Source of the DNA: the human T2T-CHM13v2.0 reference genome, Homo sapiens
Length of the DNA: 64,000 bases
Direction: 5' to 3' (one strand)
NCBI RefSeq assembly: GCF_009914755.1
Contig: NC_060935.1
Both the position numbers and the translations under genes were made by a program. Positions 35,686-64,000 of this stretch are shown one piece after another. The notes below the pieces were generated by a model that was given only the letters and a program-made list of their open reading frames with translations, made no database searches and had not been told where the DNA came from. Within the stretch, counting starts at the first letter, position 1, and the number at the start of each line of letters is the position of its first letter.

Positions 35686-36815
35686 CAATTGCTCTTTGTT
35701 TTAAACAGTTTTCTGAAATTATGAAATTTAGTAAATATGACAAAGCTTCCCTAAATATTGACAGTATCTACTACAGTGTTGAACGTGGTCAGACTATGCC
35801 AATGATTTCAGGCGAAATCATTTACCAAGGTTAAGCTTCTTATCCATTTCAGATCAGTTTCTTTAAAAAGAAATCCAGAAATTCTATTCACAGGTTCTTT
35901 CAGTTGTTACCCTCTAAATGTATTCAACGCAACAAGATTCCAAAAAAGTACCGTCCCTTCCAACAAAAGCATCTTTCAATATAAGTAAAAAATGTAGTTT
36001 TATCATTAGCCACATATTTTAACGTACAATTACCAATACAGTATTAATGTACAATTAAAAGCCGTTTTCCAAGATCAAAGGGGGAATTCCTAAAGCAAAG
36101 TGTGCCCTATATAAACCAGGAAAAGGATCTCCAATCAATAAACCATTTTAAACTCCTAATCACCTCTCCATTATAATTTCTAGATTCTTCATTCCTAGAT
36201 TCATTTAAGCAACTGAACTTTGTCATATTGTATCTTTGCCATTATTGGTGGAAACTGACAAGTTCTGAATTCTCAACCTTTTTCAATGAACTATCATAAT
36301 TCTTGTGTCTTCATCCCCATGGTAGAGAGTATACAACATACCAAAAAAAAAAAAAAAAAAAAAAGAAAAAGATTCCTTCTTGTGAGCTAAAAGAAAAAAG
36401 AAAAACAGGTTGGTCTGGGTGGCTCAGGCCTGTGTAACACAGCACTTTGGGAGGTCGAGGCGGGCGGATCGCTTGAGCCCAGGAGCTCAAGACCAACCTG
36501 GGCAACGTGGTGAAACTCCGTCTCTACAAAAAATACGGAAATTAGCCAGAATAGTGGCGCGCGCCTGTGGTCAGGAGGCTGGGGTAGGTGGAATACCTGA
36601 GCCTGGGAGGTGGAGCTTGTATGTAGTGAGCCTCAGCAACACAAGGAGACCCTTGTCTCTACAAAAAATTCTTAAAATACTGGCTAGGTGTGTTGGCCCG
36701 TGCCTTTGCTCCCAGCCACTCGGGAGGATCGCTTAAGCCGCGGTGGAGGTTGCTGTTAGCCGAGATTGCACCACTGCACTCCAGCCTGGACGACAGAGCA
36801 AGACCCTGTCTCAGG

Positions 36816-36847
<32 letters not shown>

Positions 36848-37697
36848 GGCAACAAAAATTAAAGATAACTACTTATTTCATTATTGTACATGCCTTAGTC
36901 AATCTCTTGTCTCATTCTGTAGCTTCTTGGGACCTGACATGAGTCATTACATATAAATCCTAGGATGAACTAGCAAAATATTTAAAATATGAAACGATAA
37001 GGTCACCAAGAGCTCAGATTTGTTAAATGCCCCCTGTGGTATTTTCCTGGTACAAGGTCTTACTAGTTTTTTTAAGTACAAGATTCTACAAAGTCATTAA
37101 ATATCGAATGCTCAAAAACGGAATTCAACAAAAATTTGCCCCCATGCTTTAACGGTATACCTGTAGTTAATTTTTTTTAAAAGTAGGGATTATCAAAATA
37201 AAGCTAGCTCAATAATCACTTTTTCGAAGTGTTTAGAAGACACTCCTACTTGGGTGTCGATGCCTCCGTGGGGATTCTGCAATTCTTAGAGGCCACGTGG
37301 GCAGAGAGCGGCGCTTTACCCGGAGCTAACGCTGTGACCACCAGCGCCTCTCACCCGGCAGCGCCTAACCTGCAGAAAACCGGCGCGAGTAATGGGTACC
37401 TCACATACGAAGGTTAAATCATTTAAATCACGTAATAAGGTTAAACTTGTCCGCAACACGATTTAACACCTCCATCTCAAGATATAATGAAGCCCGTCCA
37501 CACTACAACCACGTTTGTGTGGGACTCATACCAGCCGCGTGGCGCGGAGTGGCCTGCGGCCGTGATCCCTTCACCCTCTCGGACCGACTTCGGAGTCTCG
37601 ATCCTCCGGACCAACGAAGGGGCCCCGGGAAACCCCAGATATGCAACGCCTCCCCCGCCCGCCAGGCCCGGACGGCCTCGCCCTCTTAGCAACCTAC

Positions 37698-37878
37698 CTA
37701 AAACGGCCTCGCAGTGGCCCCAACCGCGCACTTGCTGCTTGTAACCCAGGCCTCGGCCCAAAACCCGCGACTGGCCTGGTGCGTGAGTCCTAGAGCTCTG
37801 TACACACCACCCTCCCGACCTCAGCCCTCCAACTCCCGATAACCAGCCGACCTCCTCCAACCGTGCGGAAGAAAAGGG
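37698..37878 (-). other. TAF1D: TAF1D non-coding exon 1 (splices to exon 2 acceptor at 35712)
   Basis: TTAG|gtaggt donor at 37697; TCT/TOP-like start near 37876; CpG island. Confidence 0.75.
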
Positions 37879-38039
37879 TTGGCTATTTCCGTGCCCCAAG
37901 TAATAGTCAGGCCGAAATCTCGCGATACAACTTAGCTTCCGGGAAGAAGGCGAGCGGTGGGAGGAGACGCGACGTGGGGGCGCCATTTTTCTCGCCGCGC
38001 AGGGAGTACTGACTAACGTGGGCGGAGCTCTAGCTCGCG

Positions 38040-38110
38040 TATCCTGAGGAGGCGGGGTTGGCCTAGGCGAAGATCCGGACTCTGGGTGTTTTGCTACCGT
38101 GACCGTTTAG
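38040..38110 (+). other. C11orf54: C11orf54 non-coding exon 1 (start approximate)
   Basis: TTAG|gtgagt consensus donor at 38111 inside the CpG island; next exon acceptor at 43679. Confidence 0.7.
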
Positions 38111-38684
38111 GTGAGTGGAATAGCCAAGAACATTTCGGCAAATAACAAAAACAAAACGTGCGGTCACTTGTGAGTGGATGAGAACTGTGAGGAAACAGCC
38201 TCTCAGCCCGGTTCGTTTCCGGTGGTCTCGCGTTTGCTGAGCTGTCGCCTGGCTTTCTAAATCTGGTCCCGGGTGTGTGGCGAGGGTGACGGGTGGGATG
38301 TGTGCCTGAGTGTTTTGTAATCCTTTGTCTATTTCTGCCTTCAGAAACCCTTGTGTGTTAAAATATTGGAGAAGGCTCATTCTTTGACCATGACTCGAAG
38401 TGTGTAACCTTTGTGCTGGACGCCAGTGTTATTCCATAGCACGCCCAGGTCTCCTCCCCACTTTTGCACCTGTTTCGTAAGCTCACCCTTTCTGCCTCCC
38501 AGGAGTTGGCTAACATGTCACAAGTGAGACCTGTGGAGGATTTGTTTTTCCTAAGTTTCCTCCTACATCCCCCCTGCCCCACACCATTAGTTCCTTGACC
38601 GGTTCCTGAGTTAAGATTAAACAGTGTAAACTAGTTTAGTTTTGGTGGGGTTTTTTTCTCCCAAAGTAATTTTTTTTTTTTTGA

Positions 38685-38903
<219 letters not shown>

Positions 38904-39337
38904 TGATCCTCCCGCCTCGGCCTCCCAAAGTAATTTTAAAAAGGAATGAACTGGTTTGATTTTTCCGCTTTCAAAATTCTGTTTTCATATGATAAACCAC
39001 AAAAATCAGTAAAGCTGTCTAGTCTTATTTTATAGTTCACATTTTAGGATTGAACGGGCCTTAAAAGTAATCTGGTCTCTTTACCTGCTTTGCTCCATAG
39101 TTTGGACAATTCCGGGGATAAAAAGTCCGATCCTTTAGGCAGCCCACTGCATTTGATCCACAGGGTCTGGGCAATGACGAAGCTCCAGGACTGGTATGGC
39201 ATGTCCCTCACTGCCGTATTCAGCAGCAAGCCTAGCTGTGTAATTTGTGAGGCTCAATGCAAAATGAAAATGCAGCGTCCCTTGTTCAAAAAGAAGGGGA
39301 AAAGTGCTATTAAAGGGAAGGAACATTTAACTCCTAA

Positions 39338-39619
<282 letters not shown>

Positions 39620-39751
39620 TGATCCGTCTGCCTCGGCCTCCCAAAGTGCTGGGAGTACAGGCGTGAATCACCGCGCCCGGCCACATTTGGTATTTCTCTG
39701 TTTGTGTTATAGAGACAGGGTCTTGCTCTGCCACCCAGGCTGGAGTGCAGT

Positions 39752-40066
39752 TGAAGCAGGATATTCCTCTGACCCCTTCGTGGGTCTTGCGGCTGCGGTG
39801 CCTCACTTACTTAGCCCACGGCTCTCAACTCCTCGCGGGAGGCGGGGCGCGAGTGAATGAGGCGGGAACTGGAGTGCTGGAAGCCACGAACTCCAGTCAC
39901 CCAGGCCTGCTGCGCTCCACCCTTTATGGGAGGGTGCGTGGGGGTGAGCAGATGCTGGAGCCGGAGCGAGCGCTTTTGGTCGCCGGTAGGAGCGAACTCC
40001 ATGCAGGCCCTGCGGCTGTGTCTAGGGGATGCCCGCGACCCCTGAAGACCCACAGCCTGTCTTACA
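39752..40066 (-). mobile_element. LTR18A-like solo LTR
   Basis: TGAAGCAGGATATT...CCCCTTCGTGGG...TTACA with TG/CA ends; CpG-rich; family from memory. Confidence 0.65.
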
Positions 40067-40457
40067 ACCTGTCATCGTTGTGAAAAGTTTTGAGAGAACG
40101 TCTGCACAGTGTCTAACGGTGTCTGGTATATAGTGTGCACTCAAATGGTAACCAGTTTAGTTGCGATAGTTGGTCTACCCCTCCAGGTGTTAACCTCTGC
40201 AGCTCCGTTTCCCTTCTAGACCCTATTTCTGGGCCATCGACTCCCACCAATTAGGCAGGAAAATACTGTTTGCCTCCATCTGGCCCAAGGCTGTATTCCT
40301 GGAGTTTATGTGAGAACCTAACTCCTTTCTCAGCTCCAACTGTAACCCTCTCCCCACCTCCAACACACACATAAACACTCACATACACATGCTACCACAC
40401 TGCCTGCTGTGCCATCAGCCTGCCTGAAGTTCACATCATTTTAGAATTGGACGGGCC

Positions 40458-40650
40458 TTCATAATTTAAATTTTATTATGAAAAAGTGATAGTCTAAGGA
40501 ACTCATTTGATTTTTTTGTCTAAATGTCAAATATAGAGTAGAACGCACAAGTGTCTGTTATAGAAATACTTGAGAGTCCTATATGCACTGTTATCCACAA
40601 CCATTTAAGCACTTATCCACTAATCCCTAATAAGTACCCCTAATAAGTAC
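40458..40650 (+). repeat. Direct repeat copy 1 (~195 bp; partner 43097-43294)
   Basis: TAATTTAAATTTTATT.TGAAAAAGTGATAGTCTAAGGAACTCATTT...CCCTAATAAGTAC present twice. Confidence 0.9.
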
Positions 40651-41078
40651 ATTTCTAAACCAGTTATTCAAGCTACATCCTCCCAAGATTGGACTTTGTT
40701 TCTACTTTGGTAGGGACATAAATAAACGGAAACAACTGACCTAACTTTTTACTAAAGAGATAATAAAGGGAATAAAATTAAGATTACATTTGGATTTTAA
40801 CTTGTGTTCTTATTCCTACTGCCAGCAAAAATATGTGAAGTGTTTTTATCATTATAAATGAATATACTATTCATTGTGCAGATTTTGACATGTTCATAAA
40901 TAAGTTAGTACCCAATGTTTGCTTGATAAAGAATGTGATAAAATGTTAACATTTGGGAAATCTGGGTGAAGAATGTATAGGAATTATTTGTATGTAATAT
41001 TTGTCAATCTGAAATTATTTAAAAGAAAAAGTTAAACTGTCTCATTCCTGAACAATTATAAATTATTCAACCCAAAAC

Positions 41079-42034
41079 TGAAGGGGGCCTGCCCCTCCAC
41101 ACCTGTGGGTATTTCTCGTCAAGTGGGAAGAGAGACTGAGAAAATAAATAAGACACAAAGTATAGAGAAAGAACAGTGGGCCCAGAGGACGGGCACACTC
41201 AGTATGCGAGGACCTGCACCGGCACTGGTATCTGAGTTCCCTCAGTATTTATTGATTACTTTTCACTATCTCGGCAAGGGAACTGCGGTGGGAGAACAGG
41301 GTGATGGTGGGGAGAAGGTCAGCAGGAAAACATGTGAGTAAAGAAATCGGCGTCATAAATAAGTTCAAGGGAAGGTACTGTGCCCAGATGTGTAAGTAGG
41401 CTAGATTCATGTTTCTCTTTACCCAAACATCTCAGTGTAGCAAAGAGTAACAGAGCAGTATTGCTGCCAGCATATCTCCCCTCCAGCCACAGGGTGGTTT
41501 TCTCCTATCTCAGAATAGAACGAATAGTCGGCTTTACACGGAGACATTCTGTTCCCACGGATATGCGGGAAACAGAGGCCTTCCTCTTTTACTAATCCTT
41601 CTCAGCACAGACCCTTTATGGGTGTCAGGCTGGGGGACGGTTAGGTCTTTCCCTTCCCACGAGGCCATATCTCAGGCTGTCTCAGTGGGGGGAATTCTTG
41701 GACAATACCCACGCTTTCTTGGGCAGAGGTCCCTGCAGCTTTCCGCAGTGCATCATGTCCCTGGTTAATAGAGAATGGAGAATGGCGATGACTTTTACCA
41801 AGCATACAGTCTGCAAACATATTGTTAACAAGGCACATCCTGCACAGCCCTAAATCCCTTAAACCTTGATTCAATACAGCACATGTTTCTGTAAGCACAG
41901 GGTTGGGGCTAAAGTTACAGATTAACAGCATCTCAAAGCAAAACAATTTTTCTTTGTGCAGATCAAAACGGAGTTTCTTTTGTCTTCCTTTTCCACATAG
42001 ACACAGTAACAGTCTGAGCTCTCTTTTCCCCACA
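41079..42034 (-). mobile_element. HERV-K (HML-2) solo LTR, LTR5B-type
   Basis: Minus strand begins TGTGGGGAAAAGAGAG..CAGACTGTTACTGTGTCTATGT and ends GGTGTGGAGGGGCAGGCCCCCTTCA; 956 bp; perfect 6-bp TSD CAAAAC (41073-41078 / 42035-42040). Confidence 0.93.
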
Positions 42035-42068
42035 CAAAACTATGTTTAAAATAATTTAAGTATGATTA

Positions 42069-42389
<321 letters not shown>

Positions 42390-43096
42390 TTATATATATT
42401 TGGGAGATTAGATTACATGTATTAAATCAAGAACAATAAAAGCTGGTATTTGATAAAGTACTAAAGTAAATATAACATCCTAAATGTTTGCAATAGAATG
42501 ATTATAGAGGATATGTTGTTGGAAAGTACCAGAACTAGAAACCCAGTTTCTAAGCAACCTGTGAATCTTTGGAAAATTAGAAAAAAAAATTTGGAAGAAT
42601 ATTTCAAATGGCTGAAGATCACCGTTCCACTTGCTAAATAGGCATGTTAAGGGCAGAGGCCACTCAGATTAATGAAGTGTTCTATTAACAGTTTTAACGA
42701 GAACTCCTGCAGTACTCTTAGAAACACCCTTAAGAGTCTTGTCTGTGTTCCCTGTTGTGATTGGCTTGGAGTAGGATACCTGTCTACCTCATATTACTTA
42801 TATTTTTCCCTGTCTTCATTTTATCTCCCTCTGGTTGCATACTTCATCACTGAACACTTAAGGTAAGATACTAATCTCTGTGTATGTGCACTTATTTGTT
42901 ACAAAGTATACTTGGCATATATTTTATTTTTTAGTTGCAATGATAGAAAAGCATATATTTAAATATCAAATTATAATTGGATAGATTATCAGAATTGAAC
43001 ATTAAATCTATTTACCAAGAAAGTATGTTTATTTGTAAATGAAAATAAAAATTTGAATTTCAAAGGCTAATCATTCCATAAAAGTTTCCATTTCTA

Positions 43097-43294
43097 TTCG
43101 TAATTTAAATTTTATTTTGAAAAAGTGATAGTCTAAGGAACTCATTTAATTTTTGGCCTAAATGTGAAATATAGAATAAAAAACACACATATCTATTACA
43201 GAAATACTTGAGATCCTATATGTACTATACAAATCCTATATGTACTGTTATCTACAACCATTTGAACACTTATCCATAAACCCCTAATAAGTAC
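43097..43294 (+). repeat. Direct repeat copy 2
   Basis: Same as copy 1 with scattered substitutions. Confidence 0.9.
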
Positions 43295-43775
43295 CTTTTG
43301 CTTCAAGACCTATATTCCTTAGACCCACCATTAGAAAATTGGATGTTCACTCCAGCTATATGATATTTAAAAAAAAAATGAATCAGCTGGGAGCAGTGGC
43401 TCACAATTGTAATCCCAGCATTTTGGGAGGCAGAGGATGGCTTGAGGCCAGGAATTCAAGACCAGCCTGGGCAACATAGTAACACCTTGTTTCTATTAAA
43501 AAATTAGTTTTAAATTTTAAATTACAATAAAATAAAGTGTAAGTATTAAAAGGCCACTTGTCTATTTCTCACTTGGAATATTAAATGCTGGAAGCTGTGT
43601 TTGCCTGTTTATGAAGATAGAAACCTAAATGCCCTTTTGTTCTGTTTATATGTTTGAATGCTCAATGTTCATTTCCAGAACAGAAACTGTTCATACTTGG
43701 TGCGCTGTGGACTCTTGTGATAATTAACCAAGAGTAGCTCTATTTGTCCAACCTCACACCTAAAGAAGAAAGAAA

Positions 43776-58065
<14,290 letters not shown>

Positions 58066-59438
58066 ATCAGCTGATACTTATTTAGAAAAAAATAATTAAG
58101 GTTAATTAATTGATTGACTTATTAATTAATACTGATATAAAACCAATAGAAATGATCCCACAGGCCAGGCACAATGGCTCATGCCTATAATCCCAGCACT
58201 TTGGGAGGCTGAGGCAGGAAGCACACTGGAGCCCAGGAGTTTGAGACCAGCTTGGGCAACATAGCAAGACCCTGTCTATTTTTTTAAAAAAGTAAAAAAT
58301 AGAAATTATCTCACTACTTAAATCCCATTTTTTTCACTTCATATGAAAGAACATATTGATAGTATATTCTATATTATTTCATAGATCTGTCTGAAAGAGA
58401 TTGGGAACAAAAATATCTAATTGAGATATTCTTTAATTTTTTACATAGCAGCTTTATTTTTTTTATTCTGTAGTATCAGCGAAATCAGTCATGTTTATAC
58501 CTTGAATATAAATATCAGGAATCATGCAATTATTTCTACTATGTATTTAGTAGTATCTTATATTTGTATAACATTATTACATTTTGCAAATTAGTATCAC
58601 AACTGCTAAGTAGATGTTTCTGAGTATTAGAAAAATCAGTGTTATTACCTGCAGGATATTAAAAAACATTTGAAAAAGAGAAAAAGAAAAATCAGTGTTT
58701 AGAAATGTTGATAGTTATTGAATCTTTGAATTGAATTTTAAAAATCCATTCTAGTAATCAGAGTATACTTTTTTTATAGAACAAGGTGGCAGGTGGGGAG
58801 CCCTTTACCCTTCTGGTGAAGTTAAACCATAGAAGTTTACAATTTGCCTTTCACAAACATTAGCAGTCCGGGCATGGTGGCTGAAGCCTGTGATCCCAGC
58901 ATGTTGGGAGGCCGAGTGGGAGGATTGCCTGAGCCTAGGAGTTTAAACCAGCCTGGGCACCATGGTGAGACCCCATCTCTATTATTTAAAATGTTTCTTA
59001 AATAAAAAAAACACAAACATTAGCAACTAGTTGGCTAGCCATAATTCCTCCCTTGTTTCGATTGCCAGTTAGAAGCAATTTTTATTTCACTGGTTATTTG
59101 CAAGAGAAGGGGTAAAAAAACAGCATCAGAGTGCAACACTGAAGTGAGCTTACTTTAATTTGTAAGTGAAGCTGTTGCTGAACATGACCACTATCGTTGC
59201 TGAAATATAAAATTATACTCACTGATTGTAATGGTTGAAATTTTCCTGAATAATCATTAGCCAAAGATCAACTCTCTAATGGTGCTAATGGCAATCTAGC
59301 TAATGTGCAAATTTAGGAAGTCTTCAGTACTAAGTACATAATTTTCAAATAATATTTTTTAATTGTCTACTTTGGATGTTAGCTATGTCTTGTGAGTATA
59401 AATTCCAATTTTAAGCACTATTTTGATGCAAAAAAATG

Positions 59439-59444
59439 AATAAA
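59439..59444 (+). terminator. Candidate C11orf54 polyadenylation signal
   Basis: AATAAA followed by T/GT-rich tract, ~1.4 kb after the stop. Confidence 0.5.
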
Positions 59445-61149
59445 AAATTTAATTTATGATATGTTTGTAATATCTTACCTCCAGACAAAATAATATTAAT
59501 AGTCTATCATTTAACAAATATGTATTGAACACCTACCCTTCTCTCTGGAGTGTACACTTCATGTGGGCAAGGGCCTTGTTCACGACTGTAGCACTAGTGC
59601 CTTTAACTGCTAGCAAAGTAGCCACTCGGATGATTATACCAAACACTTTACTAAAGCTGGGGATCTGTCTAGTGGGGAAGACAAACAATAAATATATAAT
59701 ATGTCAGGTGGTATTAAATGCTATGAAAAGAAAGGAGTAGATGGACTGTAAAGGAGGATGCTATTTTTTTGAGGCCATCCCGCACTGAGACAGGATGCAT
59801 TCCACACTCAAAATTTGGTTCACATGTCCAGACTGATAGCCAAGTTCAGTGGCTCACGCCTGTAATCCTAGTACTTAGGGAGACCAAGGCAGGAGGATCA
59901 CTTGAGGCCAGGAGTTCAAGGCCAGCCTGGGCAACAGAGAGAGACCCCCATCTCTGCAAAAAAAGAAAAAAAATTTTTTAATTATCTGGGCATGGTTGTG
60001 CACACCTGTTGTCCCAGCTGCTCAGGAGGCTGAGGCACGAGAATCACTTGAGCCCAGAAGTTGGAGGCTACAGTGAGCTATGATTGTTTCATTGCACTGT
60101 AGCCTGGGCAACACAGTGAGACCCTGTCTCAAAAAGAAAAAAAAAATGACTGATGAAGCCACACACACACCAACAGAGTATGAAAGGGTTGTTACTCACA
60201 TAATGAAGCTTTCTGGGGAAAGCAGGGCAGCTCCTAAGCAGGATTTGACAACAGGGAAGGAGACTGACTTGGAGTTTTTTGGTGGTTAGGGAGTAGGGCC
60301 AGAGTGATGTTTCTTGCATGTGGTTTGAATTTCCCACTGGTATCAAAGAAGGAAACACCCAGGCTTGCTTGCTTTATTTTTTTAAAGAGATGGTGTCTCA
60401 CTATGTTGCCCAGGCTGGGCTCAAGTCATCTTCCTGCCTCGGCCTCCCAAAGTGCTGGGATTACAGGCATGGGCCACCATGTCTGGCGAGCACCCAGGCT
60501 TTCTTAGCTTGCCAGAGGTGTAGGGCATAAGGGGACGAGGGGTGGGATAAGGCTTAAAAGCCACCAGCAGTCAAACATAAATTAAGTCAGATTCTTAATT
60601 ACAGATTTCAGATCTGATTTCAGATCAGAGCTTATTTCAGGTCAGATTCCAGGTGTAGAGATCATCTGAAGCAGTCCTGGGCCTCTTCACACTACAGATA
60701 CCAACACTGCCTTTACTCTTCCATTAGTGTCCTCCAAAATGGGGTGCATGGACAGCAGGTACACATGACCTTCCAAGGGGTGTGGGAATATTAGAACATC
60801 TATTTATATATTTTATTTCGTCCTTTTAAGTTTCTGTGGTTTTGTGTACATTTCTTACGTTAGGGATTTCAGTTCAAAATTGTATTGCTGATAGACACAA
60901 TTCAAAAAGCTTGGAGACCAGGTACATTCACACCATCTAATAGAGATGGGGGAAAAGATCAAAATGCTTTTCTTTTTAAATTTTTTCTTAGTTTTCTTTC
61001 TTTATAGAGACAGAGTTTCGCCGTGTTGGCCAGGCTGTTCTCGAACTCCTGGCCTCAAGTGATCTGCCCGTCTCAGCCTCTCAAATTGCTGGGATTACAG
61101 GCATGAGGCACTGCACCTCACCCAAAGTGCTCTTCTTACTCTTACATTC

Positions 61150-62268
<1,119 letters not shown>

Positions 62269-62284
62269 CATCTTTCCAAACCTA

Positions 62285-62515
<231 letters not shown>

Positions 62516-62618
62516 TCACTTGAGACCTGGAGGCTGAAGCTATAGTGAATCCAGATGGCACCACCTCAGTCCATCCTTGGCAACAGAGTCAGACCATGTT
62601 CCTTTAAAGAAGAAGAAT

Positions 62619-63310
62619 ATGTCATCCAAAAGACCACCAGGATGGCTAAATAGTAGAAAGGAGAGCTATATTGGTGATTTCAGTTTGCACAGCGGGAAGA
62701 GACAGTCTCCAGCTTATGCCAAAAGTGCTCTCTTCCCAGAGGGAAAAGGGCAGATTGGTTTTTATGCCTCACAGGGCCTGTATCACACAATAGAGTAAAA
62801 CATATTCAGCAGTTTTGGGAGAAAAGTTATACATATCTATGAGGGAAGTTGAACACACGTGCAATGGATAAACATATGTAACACAAATCCCACGTTCACT
62901 TTGGGGTAAGGTTTTAACATTAAAATAAGGTGGAACTTGGCCCTTCATGTCAAAAGGTGAACTATTGGACACAAAGTTTGCATGCAGTCTCTATAAACTG
63001 GCTGACACTGGCTCGAGGTCTTCGGTTGCTTATCAGGAAAGAATTTTTGTAAGGCTGGTCCTTTGTCCAATCAGAGCTATAGTGGTTTGGATTGTAAATC
63101 AGGTTTGGTAAGGTTCTGACAATTTTCCCAATAGCTCCTATTTTTAGCAAATTTAGCAAGATTGTGTTTTTTCTTGTAGCCTTAGGAATTTGCGAAGTTC
63201 CCATGCCAACCAAGCCCTGAACCCTCCACCCATAGGTAACTTTCGTTTTCTTAACTTTAGGGTTCTTCTTAGTTGATAAAGGAGCATCCATTTTGGTCTT
63301 CCAGATAACA
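62619..63310 (-). mobile_element. ERV1 (MER4-group) solo LTR, family uncertain
   Basis: TG...CA ends; LTR-like composition; Alu 62323-62612 inserted at its edge with duplicated AAGAAT(A)TGTCATCCA. Confidence 0.55.
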
Positions 63311-63567
63311 GAACACAATCTGACAGGGCAATTATGTGACTAAAATAATGAAATATTAAAAACTGAATTTTCCACAGAAAATCTGGTATATTCATTGGCT
63401 AAATCTATGATTACTCTTCCTAGAACTCCTACCTTTAGCCTCATTTCTCTGATATGCTGTTTTTCTGACTCATATTAACCACAACGAGGATTAACTTCTT
63501 CAAATTTAGACTAACACTTGATATTATTTGCATTGGCAACCTAATATTTGTCACTACAGTAAATACC

Positions 63568-63809
63568 TGATATGGTTTGGCTCTGTGTCCCCACCTAAGT
63601 CTCAGGTTGAACTGTAATCCCCAGGCTTGGGGGTGGGGCTTTGTGGGAGGTGATTGGATCATGGGTGTGGTTTCTAATGGTTTAGCACTATCCCCCTGGT
63701 GCTACCTCGTGATAGAGTTCTCCCAAGATCTGCTTGTTTGAAAGCGCCTCCCACTTCACCCTCTCTTTGTCACCTGCTGGCCATGTGAAGATGTGCCTGC
63801 CTCCCCTTT
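63568..63809 (+). mobile_element. MaLR LTR (MSTA/MSTB) 5' part
   Basis: TGATATGGTTTGGCTCTGTGTCCCCACC start. Confidence 0.8.
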
Positions 63810-64000
63810 GCAGTGGCTCATGCCTGGAATCCCAGCACTTTGGGAGGCCGAGGTGGGCAGATCACGAGGTCAGGAGATCGAGACCATCCTGGCTAACATG
63901 GTGAAACCCCATCTCTACTAAAAATACAAAAAATTAGCCAGGTGTGGTGGTGGGCACCTGTAGTCCCAGCTACTAGGGAGGTTAAGGCAGGAGAATGGTG

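Larger units (their letters stand above)
37230..38300. promoter_or_regulatory. CpG-island bidirectional promoter for TAF1D (-) and C11orf54 (+)
   Basis: High CpG density; ETS/GABPA CTTCCGG 37936, YY1 CGCCATTTT 37981, CGCG/BANP-like TCTCGCGATA 37918, GC boxes 38020 and 38051; outward-facing first-exon donors at 37697 (-) and 38111 (+). Confidence 0.85.

Noticed and set aside
37477-37986. 169-aa minus-strand ORF over the CpG island
   Set aside because: Its ATG is the YY1 motif upstream of the likely TAF1D TSS; it runs through the exon-1 donor; GC-rich artefact
41105-42033. ORFs within the HML-2 element (possible viral gene)
   Set aside because: Solo LTR bounded by TSD with no gag/pol/env sequence
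42770-42868. Strong donor AAG|GTAAGA in C11orf54 intron 1 (possible extra 5' UTR exon)
   Set aside because: No convincing matching acceptor could be fixed from sequence alone

Overview
Human (or very close great-ape) genomic DNA matching the chr11q21 CEP295-TAF1D-C11orf54 locus; it is eukaryotic, intron-rich and dense in repeats. (1) The last 13 coding exons of CEP295 (+, 3116-26648) splice into one open frame ending in an ALMS motif, with SCARNA9 in one intron. A ~14-kb intron holds a near full-length antisense L1MA, a solo LTR inside that L1's 5' end, and a Y1-RNA retrocopy. (2) TAF1D (-, 278 aa, CDS 35685->32542) has a non-coding 3' extension of 7 mini-exons plus a terminal exon. Its 8 introns each carry one snoRNA (SNORA40, SNORA18, SNORD5, SNORA8, SNORA1, SNORD6, SNORA32, SNORA25), plus MIR1304, and the extension ends antisense over the last CEP295 exon. 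(3) A CpG-island bidirectional promoter lies at ~37.2-38.3 kb. (4) C11orf54 (+, 315 aa, CDS 43776->58065) contains an HML-2 LTR5B solo LTR, an LTR18-like element and a MER52/Alu/L1PA composite. The genes are known. The most interesting signals are architectural: mRNA-versus-snoRNA-host dual output of TAF1D, recursive-splice-like exons, a hairpin-disrupting MIR1304 allele beside SNORA18, LTRs aimed at the TAF1D promoter, and an unexplained ~195-bp direct repeat. Almost all ORF-track entries are Alu/L1/LTR artefacts. Repeat boundaries and subfamily names are by eye and from memory, so they are approximate.
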